A stretch of DNA of 64,000 nt, from NCBI GenBank assembly GCA_051546255.1, contig CP128817.1:744001-808000 (forward strand), in the 5' to 3' direction. The translations under genes were made by a program, and so were the position numbers. The DNA is from Meyerozyma guilliermondii. Its lineage: Eukaryota. This document shows, in pieces, positions 11,113 to 22,205 of the stretch (position 1 is the stretch's first letter; each line of letters begins with the position of its first letter). Under the pieces are notes generated by a model that worked only from the letters and a program-made list of their open reading frames with translations, did no database searches and was not told where the DNA came from.

Positions 11113-13326
11113 TCATTTCTTCTTCTTGTTAAGAAAGTGGAGATTGTGCAAGTTCAAACTAGAAGTAGACTTTGCTGGGGCTCCAGCAACTGCACTTCGA
11201 GAGGAAGCACTGCTAGAAGGCTGGGCCACACTTGAGGGCTGCGATAAGAGTGGGTGCGAAATTCCTGGCGACGCAGACATTGGTGATATCACCAGTAGTC
11301 CTGGAGTTCGCGACGGCATGGTGGATATTCTGCTGGGCTGGGGACTTGCTATGTGACTCGAATGTGTAGGGGATGAAGAGAGCAGGTTTAATCCTGGACT
11401 GCTCAGATTGTTCAGGCCCAACAGGCCATGCGATCCAATGTGCGAACCTGAAGTTGGAGGCTCGTAAGCTGGTGAAAGAACTTCTTCACTAGCATCCGAC
11501 TTGAGAGCTTGTGAGTACGTAGGAAGCCTCGTAAGGCTTCTGGCATCTAGCGATGAGGCAGCAGATGCGACTCGAGAAAGATGTGCTGGAGGAGACAGAA
11601 GTCCAGGACTGACGAGCGGTGAGAGCGACTGGCCATGAGGAAGCGAATAGGTTGGCGAGAGTTGCGAATTTTGCGATAACGATCTGATGGGTATGGGTCT
11701 TCCTCTAGTCAAGTAATCGCCTTCCTGGCCACCACTGGGCTCACCTCCGAGATTGAACGTAGCTCTTCCGCCTGGTGTTCCTGCGGCCGATGGAGGACGA
11801 CTGGAATCTTCGTCATTTTGACGCTGTAAGCTGAGAAGTCGGAGGTTCTCGTTCAACTGTGCCGAATCCAAGGGAGACATTGAAAACTGACCGATGTCGG
11901 CGTCAGGTGGTGGGCCGCGAGGGGTGGCTGACCCTGACGAAAGTGGTGACTCAATGGGCAGCACTTCGGACCAAAGACGATCGTAGATGTGTTTTTCGTA
12001 TAGCGGCGGAGCCATGAGTCCTGTTAATGATGTGTACGAGTTTTCGTGCGAAACATTTGCCGAGTCTTGTCCGCCTAATTCGTTCAAGCTTGTGTAACTG
12101 GATCTTTCTGTCGTGAACAACTCTTCGTCGTCTGAATCTTGGCAGTCTTCGTCTAGTTCATCAGGCTTGGCACGCACAGAGATGAAGGGCAGGATAAATA
12201 ACTGCACGGGCAATGACGCCCTAAGTTCCGAAACGTGGCCATCGGGATTCACCAACCCTATAACGAACTTGAGTTTATGGCGCACCTTCATGTAATTCTG
12301 GATTTCACAGTCTTGGGTACACTTGGAGAGGGTAGCTGGAACCCGAATAAACGATTCCACTTCCCATTTATCCAACTGATATTCTGCCTCTTCTTCAGTT
12401 GGCCTAGGAATGAAGTTTTCACTGACCACACGTTCACCGTTATGTACCGGTGGGATGATACCAACGTAAGAGTAGTATTCCACTAGCTGGATCTTGATGT
12501 CTCCGAGACCGAGGCCCTTGAGAAGTGGAACCATCATCATGCTCACCGGAGTTCCAGAGCCTATAGCAATTGCCTTTGAGGGCACATTCAACGAATATTC
12601 CACCTTTTGAGGCCAGGTATTATCCACTGCCACCGTTTCCGAGAGCTCCACTGCATCGGTCGTCAACGTGCGTACCACTCTGATGTGCTTTTTCGTGACC
12701 AACGGCTGGTGGAACTTGCCGCGATCAATAGATGCCTCGAGCTTGTAGATGATAGATCCGCCAGGAAGTCCCTCTACGGATTCGGGCATGCTTCCAGGAA
12801 GCACGGCACTGAATGGGATCTCGTAGTTTCCCGTGGAAAGAACGTGACTGCGGCCGCCACGCGAGCTGGAGTTGAGACTGGTTAGGTTACTGAAAGAGCC
12901 ATGAGGCGAAGAAAGCAGAAGACTCGAAGATGACTTGTTGCGTTTGGACGAGAGTCGAGATCCTCGAAGGTTTTCGGCCGAGTGCTCTCGAGATAATTCT
13001 GCCATTTCTGATAAATGTGTGTTGAACTCGTTGGCATCCCAAACATGCTCAAATATTTTCTTGTCAAACCGGTGATTTTTGGGCATGGCAGTTTTGCCTG
13101 CTTGGATGGTTTCTGTCCAGTTCAAACGAAGCGTGGCATAAAGACGGAGTCCCAACCTTCGAATCGTCAAAGGTTCGTTTATTGACAAAACAATCCGACC
13201 CGAAAGAAGGGAAGAAGCTGCTTCCTGTTGGGTACCTTTTACCACCAAGACGTCATGATCCAAGTTGTAGAGGCGGATATCGAATAAGACCGCCAGTTTG
13301 GAGCCGCCACCAGACTTTTTCGGCAT
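11113..13326 (-). CDS. ROD1: Alpha-arrestin, Rod1/Rog3 (CreD) type
   Basis: Arrestin N and C domains (LPGSMPESVEGL, VDNTWPQKVEY, NPDGHVSELRASLP) and PY motifs PPLY and LPTY. Confidence 0.88.
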   Translation of the reverse strand: MPKKSGGGSKLAVLFDIRLYNLDHDVLVVKGTQQEAASSLLSGRIVLSINEPLTIRRLGLRLYATLRLNWTETIQAGKTAMPKNHRFDKKIFEHVWDANEFNTHLSEMAELSREHSAENLRGSRLSSKRNKSSSSLLLSSPHGSFSNLTSLNSSSRGGRSHVLSTGNYEIPFSAVLPGSMPESVEGLPGGSIIYKLEASIDRGKFHQPLVTKKHIRVVRTLTTDAVELSETVAVDNTWPQKVEYSLNVPSKAIAIGSGTPVSMMMVPLLKGLGLGDIKIQLVEYYSYVGIIPPVHNGERVVSENFIPRPTEEEAEYQLDKWEVESFIRVPATLSKCTQDCEIQNYMKVRHKLKFVIGLVNPDGHVSELRASLPVQLFILPFISVRAKPDELDEDCQDSDDEELFTTERSSYTSLNELGGQDSANVSHENSYTSLTGLMAPPLYEKHIYDRLWSEVLPIESPLSSGSATPRGPPPDADIGQFSMSPLDSAQLNENLRLLSLQRQNDEDSSRPPSAAGTPGGRATFNLGGEPSGGQEGDYLTRGRPIPIRSLSQNSQLSPTYSLPHGQSLSPLVSPGLLSPPAHLSRVASAASSLDARSLTRLPTYSQALKSDASEEVLSPAYEPPTSGSHIGSHGLLGLNNLSSPGLNLLSSSPTHSSHIASPQPSRISTMPSRTPGLLVISPMSASPGISHPLLSQPSSVAQPSSSASSRSAVAGAPAKSTSSLNLHNLHFLNKKKK

Positions 13327-13911
13327 CTGCGATGATTAGAGTTTAACGGTGAACAAAAGAAGGATCGAAAAAGAAACTTGTTATCAGGGATTTTGCCGCC
13401 TGTGTACAGTCTCGGAGAAATCGAAAGGGTTAGTCCGGGACGGTGCGCCAAGCGTGGCTGAACGTTCGGTGCAGGAAAAGAGCAGGTCCCTGTTTGGGGT
13501 GAACATTTGGCATTTAGGCTAATTGGTTAGATTGTGCGAAGAAGATTGAAACTTAAGAATGAAGGTGACATGAAATGAAGCAAATAGTCACATTTGTGTT
13601 ATTTCCAAATAATGCATTTAGTGGATGTTTTATAAACCGTTAGATTTCGCACCCAAATATTTCACTGGTAAGTAACCGCACTACCTCCATTGTTCTAGCA
13701 AGCCAATTTGAAATAAGACGAAAATGTCAAATAAGCACCACCGCATACTCAATTGCCCATTCTGAAACCCTCAACATTCTGCACCAAACCTGTCACCCCT
13801 AACCCCCACGGCGTGGGCTCGCTTAATCCAGCCTTGTACCTGGCCCCGGGTCGCGTGCGACATATTTTTTCCCTGGCTTCGCACTAATTTGCAACCGTTT
13901 TGGGGCCGCGC

Positions 13912-14098
13912 ACCAGCCATCTTGCCAGTAACCAGCTACAACGCATATGTCGGTAACTCTAAAATCCTGTAACCCCTGGCTAGTTTGTTCGTCTGCATCG
14001 CCTGGCTGGTCCCTTTAGATTTATTTAAAGGCTTGGCTGTGCCTCCCTAGAATTTATTGCTCCCAACCCATCTAGGTTGTTAATATCCCACTGCTGGT
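13912..14098. promoter_or_regulatory. Cluster of Ace2/Swi5-type ACCAGC sites and a TATA-like box upstream of AMN1
   Basis: ACCAGC at 13912 and 13931; GCTGGT at 14005 and 14093; TATTTAAA at 14022. Confidence 0.6.
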
Positions 14099-14183
14099 GG
14101 TTTCTAATTATAGTTCGTTGTCTCCGAGTCATTGATTTGCTCTCGGTCCCACCCTAGTCTTCCTTCAGGCACGAACCTTCTCC

Positions 14184-15650
14184 ATGCTTTCCCATGATGC
14201 TTTTGCCGAAAGGTCCCTCAAAAGACACAAGTCTGTGTGTACCCCTCCACTTTCAAGGGCGTCGTCTGTCAAGCATTTTTCTCGTAGGAGAGATCGGTCT
14301 CCGTCGTACCCACTGTACTTAAGCGATCTGGATGTGTCGTTTTCATCGTCTGACCTCGAATCACTTCCTGATCTTTCTGACGATACCACCGCTGAATCTT
14401 CACCCATAGTGGAGAGAACGTGTGTTTTGTTTCCTCCTCTTCAAAACTACTTCGAAGAGCCCGTGAAAACAGCCACACCTCCTCCTCATCCATCGATATT
14501 CGACATACCTGAAATTGTTCATAAAATTGTGGAATTTGCACATCTTCAAAACCCCGTGGTGCCCCACGAGGTGGCCCCCATCCGCCGACGTCCGCTTTCG
14601 TTCGACCACGCAATGTTGATATATGGCGACAAAGAAAGAGCTTCGAAAGCTCTCCAGGATCCCGCACCTCTTCACCCATCTAGATCCAACATCTTGTACA
14701 CCTGCTTGCAAATCAATAGACTTTTCCATCACGCCGCTACCGAGATTCTCCACAAGAAATTGTGCTTCAATGACCCCCGGAAATTCCATAATTTTCTGCA
14801 AAGCATTTCGCCTGGCGCTGTGCTCAGACCAACAGAACTTGTACTCCACAAAATGTTCCATATGAAGCAACCAGCTCTCGACCGGCTTCTTCACATCTCG
14901 GAATTTTCAGGCTTGGAACGCCTAGAGCTCTTTATGTGTCCCAAGATCAACGCTTCTCCTGACTTTTTTGGTGAAAAATTGAAGTCTCTAGTGATAACTG
15001 GCTCCAAAACTGCCGATGATGAATTGATGCAAATTACAGCTAAAAAGTGTCCCAATCTTGAATTATTGGATATCAGAGCCTCTGAACTCATTACGGATGC
15101 TGGAATATACTACATTGCTACAAACTGCAAAAAACTCACCACAATCAACGTTGGCCGCAAAAATAAGGGCCACCTTATAACCGATGCCAGTATGAGTCTC
15201 TTGGCCAAAAACAACCCCAACCTCTCGACCGTCGGCGTTGCCGGGTGCAATGTGTCTGACAGGTTTGTATGGGACTTGGCTCTTAATTGCAGTGACCACA
15301 TGGAACGTCTTTCGCTCAACAACTGCCGCTACATATCCAACCAGTCCATTCCATTAATCCTCTACAGCGACTACTTTCCACAACTTTCGGTGCTCGAACT
15401 CATGAATGCCGACCGGATTACTAATTTCAGACCCATCATCGAGTTCAAGAGAAGACAAGAAATGAAAGGAATTTCCATGCTTCTTGAAGTGTGTGAACCG
15501 CTCTGCCGCAAAATGCGCCAGCAGGAAATCGAAATGGATCGCACAATTTCACAAAGAATTTTCAAGAACATCACGGAATGGGCAAACAGCGAAAACGACG
15601 GCGACAAACCATACCGAGAACTTATTGCATCAACCATTAATAGGTCTTAA
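14184..15650 (+). CDS. AMN1: Antagonist of mitotic exit network; degenerate F-box plus leucine-rich repeats
   Basis: IFDIPEIVHKI F-box-like segment, cysteine-containing LRRs (CPNLELLDIRASELITDAGI), Amn1-like C-terminus. Confidence 0.85.
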   Translation: MLSHDAFAERSLKRHKSVCTPPLSRASSVKHFSRRRDRSPSYPLYLSDLDVSFSSSDLESLPDLSDDTTAESSPIVERTCVLFPPLQNYFEEPVKTATPPPHPSIFDIPEIVHKIVEFAHLQNPVVPHEVAPIRRRPLSFDHAMLIYGDKERASKALQDPAPLHPSRSNILYTCLQINRLFHHAATEILHKKLCFNDPRKFHNFLQSISPGAVLRPTELVLHKMFHMKQPALDRLLHISEFSGLERLELFMCPKINASPDFFGEKLKSLVITGSKTADDELMQITAKKCPNLELLDIRASELITDAGIYYIATNCKKLTTINVGRKNKGHLITDASMSLLAKNNPNLSTVGVAGCNVSDRFVWDLALNCSDHMERLSLNNCRYISNQSIPLILYSDYFPQLSVLELMNADRITNFRPIIEFKRRQEMKGISMLLEVCEPLCRKMRQQEIEMDRTISQRIFKNITEWANSENDGDKPYRELIASTINRS

Positions 15651-15881
15651 ATTCATTTATCGTGTATCATAAAAATTGCACCCAACAGATCTGCATATAA
15701 ACTCCTCACTATTTACATCTCGATTTGTTCTCTGGAGAAGCAACCCATTCCATTCATATTCTTTTCGCTCGTTTCTGGTGCTTTTCGTCGATATTACGAT
15801 ACCACAGTGGCCCAAGTGCATCTTAGCATCAGTACCTAAATACAAATTCACAAAACTTTCAAATTGAGCTCAAACAACCAC

Positions 15882-16946
15882 ATGTCGTCAATCGACCACG
15901 TCAACAAGTCAATTTTAAATCCGGATGGCGGACCGTCGCCTTCCTTCAGGCGAAAATTCGAAGAGCTGGGTACTCCTGTACTCAAAGAAAGCCCAGATAC
16001 TTTCCAGAATCAAATAAAACAACACTCATTGAAGCCGAAATCGTCAACTTTGGACCTCATAGACGACACAAAATTAACTTCTTTACCACTCCCTCCACCC
16101 GCCAAATCCAGGAAAATGGACAGTGAAACATGTAACGACTCTATGATAATCAACACTACCTATGACATGTCATATGATGATAGTTTTGATGTTGGAGACG
16201 ACCCAATAGTACTAGTTGAAGACTACGTTCAGAAACCTGAAAAGCTGCCCCATTCGAAGAAAAAAGCCCATGAACATGCTGTGTCCCGTAAACAGTCGCT
16301 TGACATCTTCAAGCGAAGACTCAACAAATATGAGACTCTGAGTCTCTTGTCGTGCAATTCCACTGTTCTGACCAGCAATATGACTGTAAGTGGTAAGCGC
16401 AAAATTTCAGAGGAGCTGACAACAACGTCCGAGACTTATGCCACCCGGCCCAAAGAAGACATAGAAGAGATCTTTGGCAAGATTCCTGGTTCCGACAATC
16501 TCAAATATTGCGATATCTGTAATAGGCCGCTTTACGAAATAAGCACCGTAATATCTAACAATAAGCGGCCAAAAAAAGAATACACCACAAATAGCCAGCC
16601 CACGAAATCGTTATACAAGGAGTTTGTCTGTTGGGAGTGTGTGGACACATACGAGGAATTTTTCAACGAACTTTACTGGACAGAAAGCAGGACGGAAACT
16701 TCACATCAAACAGGCGATACCCAATGTAACCAAAACTTACTACGAATGTTCAAAGATATCCTGCAGAAGTATCAAATAGAACCAGCACAAGGCACATTTT
16801 CGCCTCTGTTACTTGGAACTTTACACCACCATCTCGGACAAGGAGAACGACATCTTGATCTCGCCTGGTTGGAACGCTTACGACAAAAACTACGCTGGAG
16901 ATGGCGCCTCAATGGGCTCATTCCACATCCCTTTGGTGCCAACTAG
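15882..16946 (+). CDS. Hypothetical protein with two CxxC pairs (putative zinc-binding module)
   Basis: 354-aa ORF from ATG 15882; CDIC...CWEC; basic/Trp-rich C-terminus. Confidence 0.7.
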   Translation: MSSIDHVNKSILNPDGGPSPSFRRKFEELGTPVLKESPDTFQNQIKQHSLKPKSSTLDLIDDTKLTSLPLPPPAKSRKMDSETCNDSMIINTTYDMSYDDSFDVGDDPIVLVEDYVQKPEKLPHSKKKAHEHAVSRKQSLDIFKRRLNKYETLSLLSCNSTVLTSNMTVSGKRKISEELTTTSETYATRPKEDIEEIFGKIPGSDNLKYCDICNRPLYEISTVISNNKRPKKEYTTNSQPTKSLYKEFVCWECVDTYEEFFNELYWTESRTETSHQTGDTQCNQNLLRMFKDILQKYQIEPAQGTFSPLLLGTLHHHLGQGERHLDLAWLERLRQKLRWRWRLNGLIPHPFGAN

Positions 16947-17059
16947 CACCATCAGCATCATGAATTCGTCATTTAACTATATAATAAAGGCATTGAAAGC
17001 ACCGATGTTGTATACAGTAATTCTAACTAGAGAGCTGAGAAATCAGTGCGGATTTCCCG

Positions 17060-17350
17060 ATGAAACCTAGTAGGTTGTATGCACCCGTTAACAAGGCACA
17101 ACGATTCCAAAAGCCTCCCTTGTCCTTGGAAGAGTTCTTGTTCCGCCAGCAAGTCTTAGCAACCTACAGGAGAGCCCTCCGAGCTATATACAAGTCTCAT
17201 GAAAAGCAGGACTTACTTGCGTTTGTAAAGGCTGAATTTAAGCCATCAGATGCACTGAAGGAGCTTCTACAACGACGGTATGAGTTGAAAAAAGGCACAG
17301 AAAAAATGGAGGCCATGTTCCAGATGATGGGGATGGGAGAAAGTGTTTGA
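17060..17350 (+). CDS. LYR-motif mitochondrial protein (LYRM2-like)
   Basis: LSLEEFLFRQQVLATYRRALR...AEF resembles the LYR motif of LYRM2; 96 aa. Confidence 0.75.
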   Translation: MKPSRLYAPVNKAQRFQKPPLSLEEFLFRQQVLATYRRALRAIYKSHEKQDLLAFVKAEFKPSDALKELLQRRYELKKGTEKMEAMFQMMGMGESV

Positions 17351-17365
17351 AATGGTTTTAGATCA

Positions 17366-19714
17366 CTATATACACTTTTTGTACGATGATTCCTTCAAAG
17401 ACTTTTTGATCATTTCGACAACTTCTGTGGCCGATTCACGGGGAACGTCATCGGCACTCACGTTGTCAATTTCTGATAGTGTCAGGTCCGTTAATTTTGA
17501 GTTTTTGATTTCTTGGGCAACATTCGCAACAGCTTTCAGCAAGATCTCACTCTTAAAGCCATTACGTCTGCTAATCTGTTCGTAAATTTTGATAAACTCG
17601 AGAACTTCAAAAAGACAACGATTCAATCCTGCCCCGCTAGCAACCAGCTTGATCTTTTCAAGCTTCAAATTCTTGACCAAAAAGTTGACGAGCGCTTCGG
17701 ATTCCTTTGATGGTGGTTGCTTGAACAATTTAAACAAATTCAACAATAACTTGAATGTCCACTGCTCATGCTGGGCCAATTGGTCATGAATTTTCTCTGA
17801 GTTTAGCGCCTTATTGAACTGTTTTATCAACTTTGTCGTTTTGGTGAAATCATTTTCAAGAATCAAAAGCTCTTTTGCACACATTAATTGAACATACTCC
17901 TTTCCTCTTTTTACCGTAGGCAATTTGGATGTGTTTGGCTGACTACCAAATGACCAGAGCGTAGTGTAGTCACGATTGTCGAGCACATCGAGGGATCCTT
18001 CAGAAACCTCTAGTTCGTGCTCTTGGACGATGCGGCTAAAATAGTTCAAATATTGGTGGTCGTTGAGTATACGGCAAAACTTAATAAGCTGAAGCAAAAG
18101 CACATACCTTGATAAGGAGTTCTTAAGCTTTATGGAGAACAGAGTGAAACTCTCTAATTTGTTGTAGACTTCTTTCTCAAATGCAAGCGAAACACTTTCG
18201 TTCAATTCACCGTCCGCACTGAGGTAAAAGCGATAAATATTGATGAGCTCTTGAAGGTTTGCCTTCGTGGGAGTCATGGAATCCACTATGAGATGACTCA
18301 AAGATTCATGCTGGAACATCTTGATGCGAAGTTTGTTGTAATTATGGACTGCCAAAGAGTCACAATTTATCGATGCATACAAATGGAGCAAAAGAAGCCT
18401 GACTTTGAAATCTTGAGGATCTTTATCTAGTAAGTGCTCCAATGTGATTATATTTTTCACAATGTTCGATGCAGATTTGTCTTCCAAGCTGAGAACGACA
18501 TTCATAAGAATCAATTCATTGGCAGAATAAGCATCTGTTTCCACTTTCTCTGCCAAGAGAGGCTGAAATTTGTGATAAATCGCCCAGTTTGCAGCAATAA
18601 ATGCCAGTTTATCCAACTTGTCATCCCAGGTCTGAATGAATTTTTGATTGTTCACCAATGTGATGAGGCTAGCAGTGTTGACTTTTGAAGAAGCAAGAAT
18701 CTCACTTGTAGTCTCTTTTATCTTGTCAATGAATGGTGTTGGTTGATAGTAAGATATATCAGTATAACAGCACAATTTGGATGAGAAGTTCTTGTAGTAA
18801 TTTAATATGAGAGCATCCACTGGCTTTTCATATAGTTTTGCAGCTTCGATAGCCGCCAATTGGCTATTTCTCGTTGATGGCCGGTGCAGAGAAATGAGGT
18901 CCTGGCACTCAACGTAGTCTCTGCTAGTGTTTTTGGAGGCCCGGATGAGATATTTCCAAGTATCGAAATCGTTAAATTGAACCTCAAATAAAAGTTTTTT
19001 AGCAAGCAGATACAACTCTTCCCACTTTTCCAGCTTGTCTAGAGCATCCAAGTAGAGCAATTGAAGATCAAGGTCCAAAGTACCCTCGTAGGAACTGAGA
19101 AGCAGGGCTATTTCCTGATATTTTTCGTTATTCTTCAACAATTTACAGTAAACATAGACTTCCTGAGTGGACCCGGAGACGAAATCGAACAGTTCTAGTA
19201 ATTTTTCACCAAGATTTGAATATAATGTGGCTTCTTTTTCGGTGATTTTGCAAACCTTCGACAGGGCAAGATTAAGACAACAAAACGCAGCCCGCATCGC
19301 AAGTTTCCTATCGCCCTTCTTGTGTTTCTGGAGTGCCATAGCTGCCTTTTGCATGGTTTTAATATCAAATTTCGACACCGCCAATTGAAACCAACATTCA
19401 ATGAGGTCTGCTGACGGATACTTTTTAACTGCATTTTCATAAATCATGTTGGCATCTTTCGGTCTCCCTAATAGTTCAAAAACCTTGTATAACATTTCTA
19501 GAGCATGTGGGTCGCTTGGAACCTTCTCTTTTAGGGCATTACTTTGACTGAGAGCTTCTTCATGTTTGCCCAGACTGACCAAGAGATAGCAGTTGACAGC
19601 CCAATAGTAGCTTTTATTAGGAAACTTCTTTAGTTTTCGGGACAAGAGAGATTGAGCAAGGCTGAACTGGCCCTGGTCAATGGCCGAAAGAATAGAGGCG
19701 TCAGTCTCAGACAT
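17366..19714 (-). CDS. MDM20: NatB N-terminal acetyltransferase auxiliary subunit (NAA25)
   Basis: N-terminal TPR-like helices, NDFDTW, KxCCYxDI, LRIKMFQHESLSH. ATG is at 19714; the track starts at TTG. Confidence 0.88.
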   Translation of the reverse strand: MSETDASILSAIDQGQFSLAQSLLSRKLKKFPNKSYYWAVNCYLLVSLGKHEEALSQSNALKEKVPSDPHALEMLYKVFELLGRPKDANMIYENAVKKYPSADLIECWFQLAVSKFDIKTMQKAAMALQKHKKGDRKLAMRAAFCCLNLALSKVCKITEKEATLYSNLGEKLLELFDFVSGSTQEVYVYCKLLKNNEKYQEIALLLSSYEGTLDLDLQLLYLDALDKLEKWEELYLLAKKLLFEVQFNDFDTWKYLIRASKNTSRDYVECQDLISLHRPSTRNSQLAAIEAAKLYEKPVDALILNYYKNFSSKLCCYTDISYYQPTPFIDKIKETTSEILASSKVNTASLITLVNNQKFIQTWDDKLDKLAFIAANWAIYHKFQPLLAEKVETDAYSANELILMNVVLSLEDKSASNIVKNIITLEHLLDKDPQDFKVRLLLLHLYASINCDSLAVHNYNKLRIKMFQHESLSHLIVDSMTPTKANLQELINIYRFYLSADGELNESVSLAFEKEVYNKLESFTLFSIKLKNSLSRYVLLLQLIKFCRILNDHQYLNYFSRIVQEHELEVSEGSLDVLDNRDYTTLWSFGSQPNTSKLPTVKRGKEYVQLMCAKELLILENDFTKTTKLIKQFNKALNSEKIHDQLAQHEQWTFKLLLNLFKLFKQPPSKESEALVNFLVKNLKLEKIKLVASGAGLNRCLFEVLEFIKIYEQISRRNGFKSEILLKAVANVAQEIKNSKLTDLTLSEIDNVSADDVPRESATEVVEMIKKSLKESSYKKCI

Positions 19715-22205
19715 CAAGTACAATGTACCAAGAAAAATTCGCGAACAAATCGATTGAAAAATCGATAAGATTGAGGATGAGAGATCGAAGAGGGATTGAT
19801 GGAAAAATGGGAAATTGGGGAAATTGTTAAACGGTTGAAGAAGTAGACGATGAGAATGACGAAAGAATTGAAAGGAACTTGACTTAGAGTAAGCAGTGGT
19901 GTTGTAAGAAAGAAGGTGCGAAACGAGTTGAATTGTTCTGGTGTTCTGCCTAATAAAGAGTCACATGAGAGGCAAGTAGCGGCACTAATAAGCATTCCGA
20001 GCAGCCGTAAGCAGTACACTAACCAATTGCAAGAAGACATCAAAATATGCACAGCTGGAACTCTCCACTGTCTACCGACTCACAAATATGATTGCAGCTT
20101 CGTAAAGATACTGCTACTAATTTTTGTATTCAGAGCGTGAACACTACCGAGAAAAACTGGGACACAAGGAGAGAATGGAACTCCCAAGTCAGTAGCTGCA
20201 ACTTTTTCATTCGTCATGTCCCCAATCGCAATTCGGAACGGTACCTTTTTACAAATTTGATTTAAAGGCTCCATTGGTATTTGCCAACTTGTGGACACCA
20301 TTGTGCTAGCAATCTCCTTCTTTCTTACCCGAATTTTCTTATCAAAGTCTTCTATCACATAACATGTGTTCATTGATCTGAACCATGATGATATAACGGA
20401 AAGGGCCGTGCCTAGATGCTCTAAAATCCATTTTCCCTCAATATAAAGGTGGCCCTTGCAACCCACATGTTCGCGTCTTACTGGATGTGGACTGAAAGTA
20501 TGGGTCCTGCTACTTGAGCCCAATGAAAGACGCTTGTGCTAGAGGTGATCTACCACTTACTACCTCTCCATAAAGAAGTGGTAGAACATGGACCAAAGTA
20601 TACCACAGACAAGCAAACGGGTAGCAATCAAAGGCAATTATTTGGAAGATTGTGTCATTATAAAGTGGTGATTATTCACAGAAGATGCGAAGGTTATAGT
20701 CTCGATTTAATCTTGCAGGACTTCGCAGTCATTTGACACTTTTGCGACAGGGATCATTTGCAATGATTTCATTTGATATAATCCACTTCCGTTAATAGAA
20801 TGGACTTTGTGTCCTTTTTGATGAAAATAGACCCGTTGATGAGCTCTGCAATTGATGAGGGAGACCTAAAACTGTGGATCACATTCCTCGTAAAGGTCAG
20901 TTTGCGATACTGACCGGTGCGGTAAGCTTTTTTCTGTTGATTAGGCTTCTTATCATCGGTCTATTCTGCTTATCATCGTGTGACATATTTCACATCCTGT
21001 ACATGGCTCGTAACCGGTACGTCTTGACGTACGCAGCGAAGGTTGCGATGGACGAGACTGACTCTTTCAAATGAAAAAAATGAAGCTTGGTTCTCGTTAT
21101 CCAAGTTGCGGCATTAATATGTTGCGGTTTTGATACTACGTGATTCCTTGCAACATTGAGAAATCGTAGAAACGACCGTTAATCTCACAGATTCTAACAT
21201 CAAGTATAGCACCCCAATTGGTATCTTGTTGAGTTTGGTCTGTTTCTCTCAAGTGGTATCGTCGATTATATCTTTGCAGAATCACTCGAAGTGAAATAAT
21301 GATTGAAAATCTAGAAAGGTTGCAAAAACTTTACATCGCACGAGGTATAACGCTTGTGGATGTGACTAAACACTGCGTTTCGCAGCGATACTAGATCAAA
21401 CAAGTACTGAAGCTGCTTGGAATATGTTTCTAAGCCCAATCAGAATTCCGTCTAGTGTAACCACTAAGCATGGTAAACAAAAGTTATACTCGGCAAGCAG
21501 AGAATGATTCAACAGTTGGTTACAATGAGACAGGTCGTCGTCTCTGGGCTACCCAGAATCATAATATTCCATTCAAAAATGAGTAACAAAAACATGATTT
21601 GAGGTCAACCACCTTCAAATAATTTCATTGATCATATGGTAGAATTTTCCCGGTTCTACATCTGTCGAAGAGTCTGAATAACTGCCGATACTTGTCATAC
21701 AAGAGCTCAGAATGGAAAGTGGTTCCATTCTTATACGACGGTAGCACGAAATATTCAATGAATACCTTCAATTTCACAAAAAGAGAAATTGTCGATAATC
21801 ATTACGTTCCTCATCGAGATGCGACTACTCCGAAATTTTGTTGTGAACTGAAGACATTGAAAACCTTAGCCTGTTTGTGTCCTATTCTTAGACAAGACAG
21901 TTTTATGACCATTCAAGCAGAATGGATAGGCTACTATAGGAATTAGATAAATCTTCGGTTCACTGTAAGATCCGAAAATGGTGAAAAAAGTGTGTTTTGA
22001 ATCTCATTGTGAGCGGATTAACTCATTGCCGCATTGAGAAGTGACTCCGAGCAACTGATATCCACAGTTTAAAGAGCTAAAACTCCGAATTCATCTCGTA
22101 AATGCTCCGGTCTTCTCTTCTACAAATGTGCTCCAGTGCCTTTGGCCATATACATCGTGTGAGTATTAGGCTCATTACCAGAGGTTGATGTAGCCGCAGC
22201 AGCAC

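Noticed and set aside
17021..17030. TTCTAAC-TAG branch/acceptor-like signal before the LYRM2-like gene
   Set aside because: No convincing donor, and an in-frame TGA lies between it and the ATG.
20080..20523. 147-codon minus-strand ORF as a HAD hydrolase
   Set aside because: TTG start, no DxD motif I, and only a short motif-IV-like resemblance; not called as a gene.
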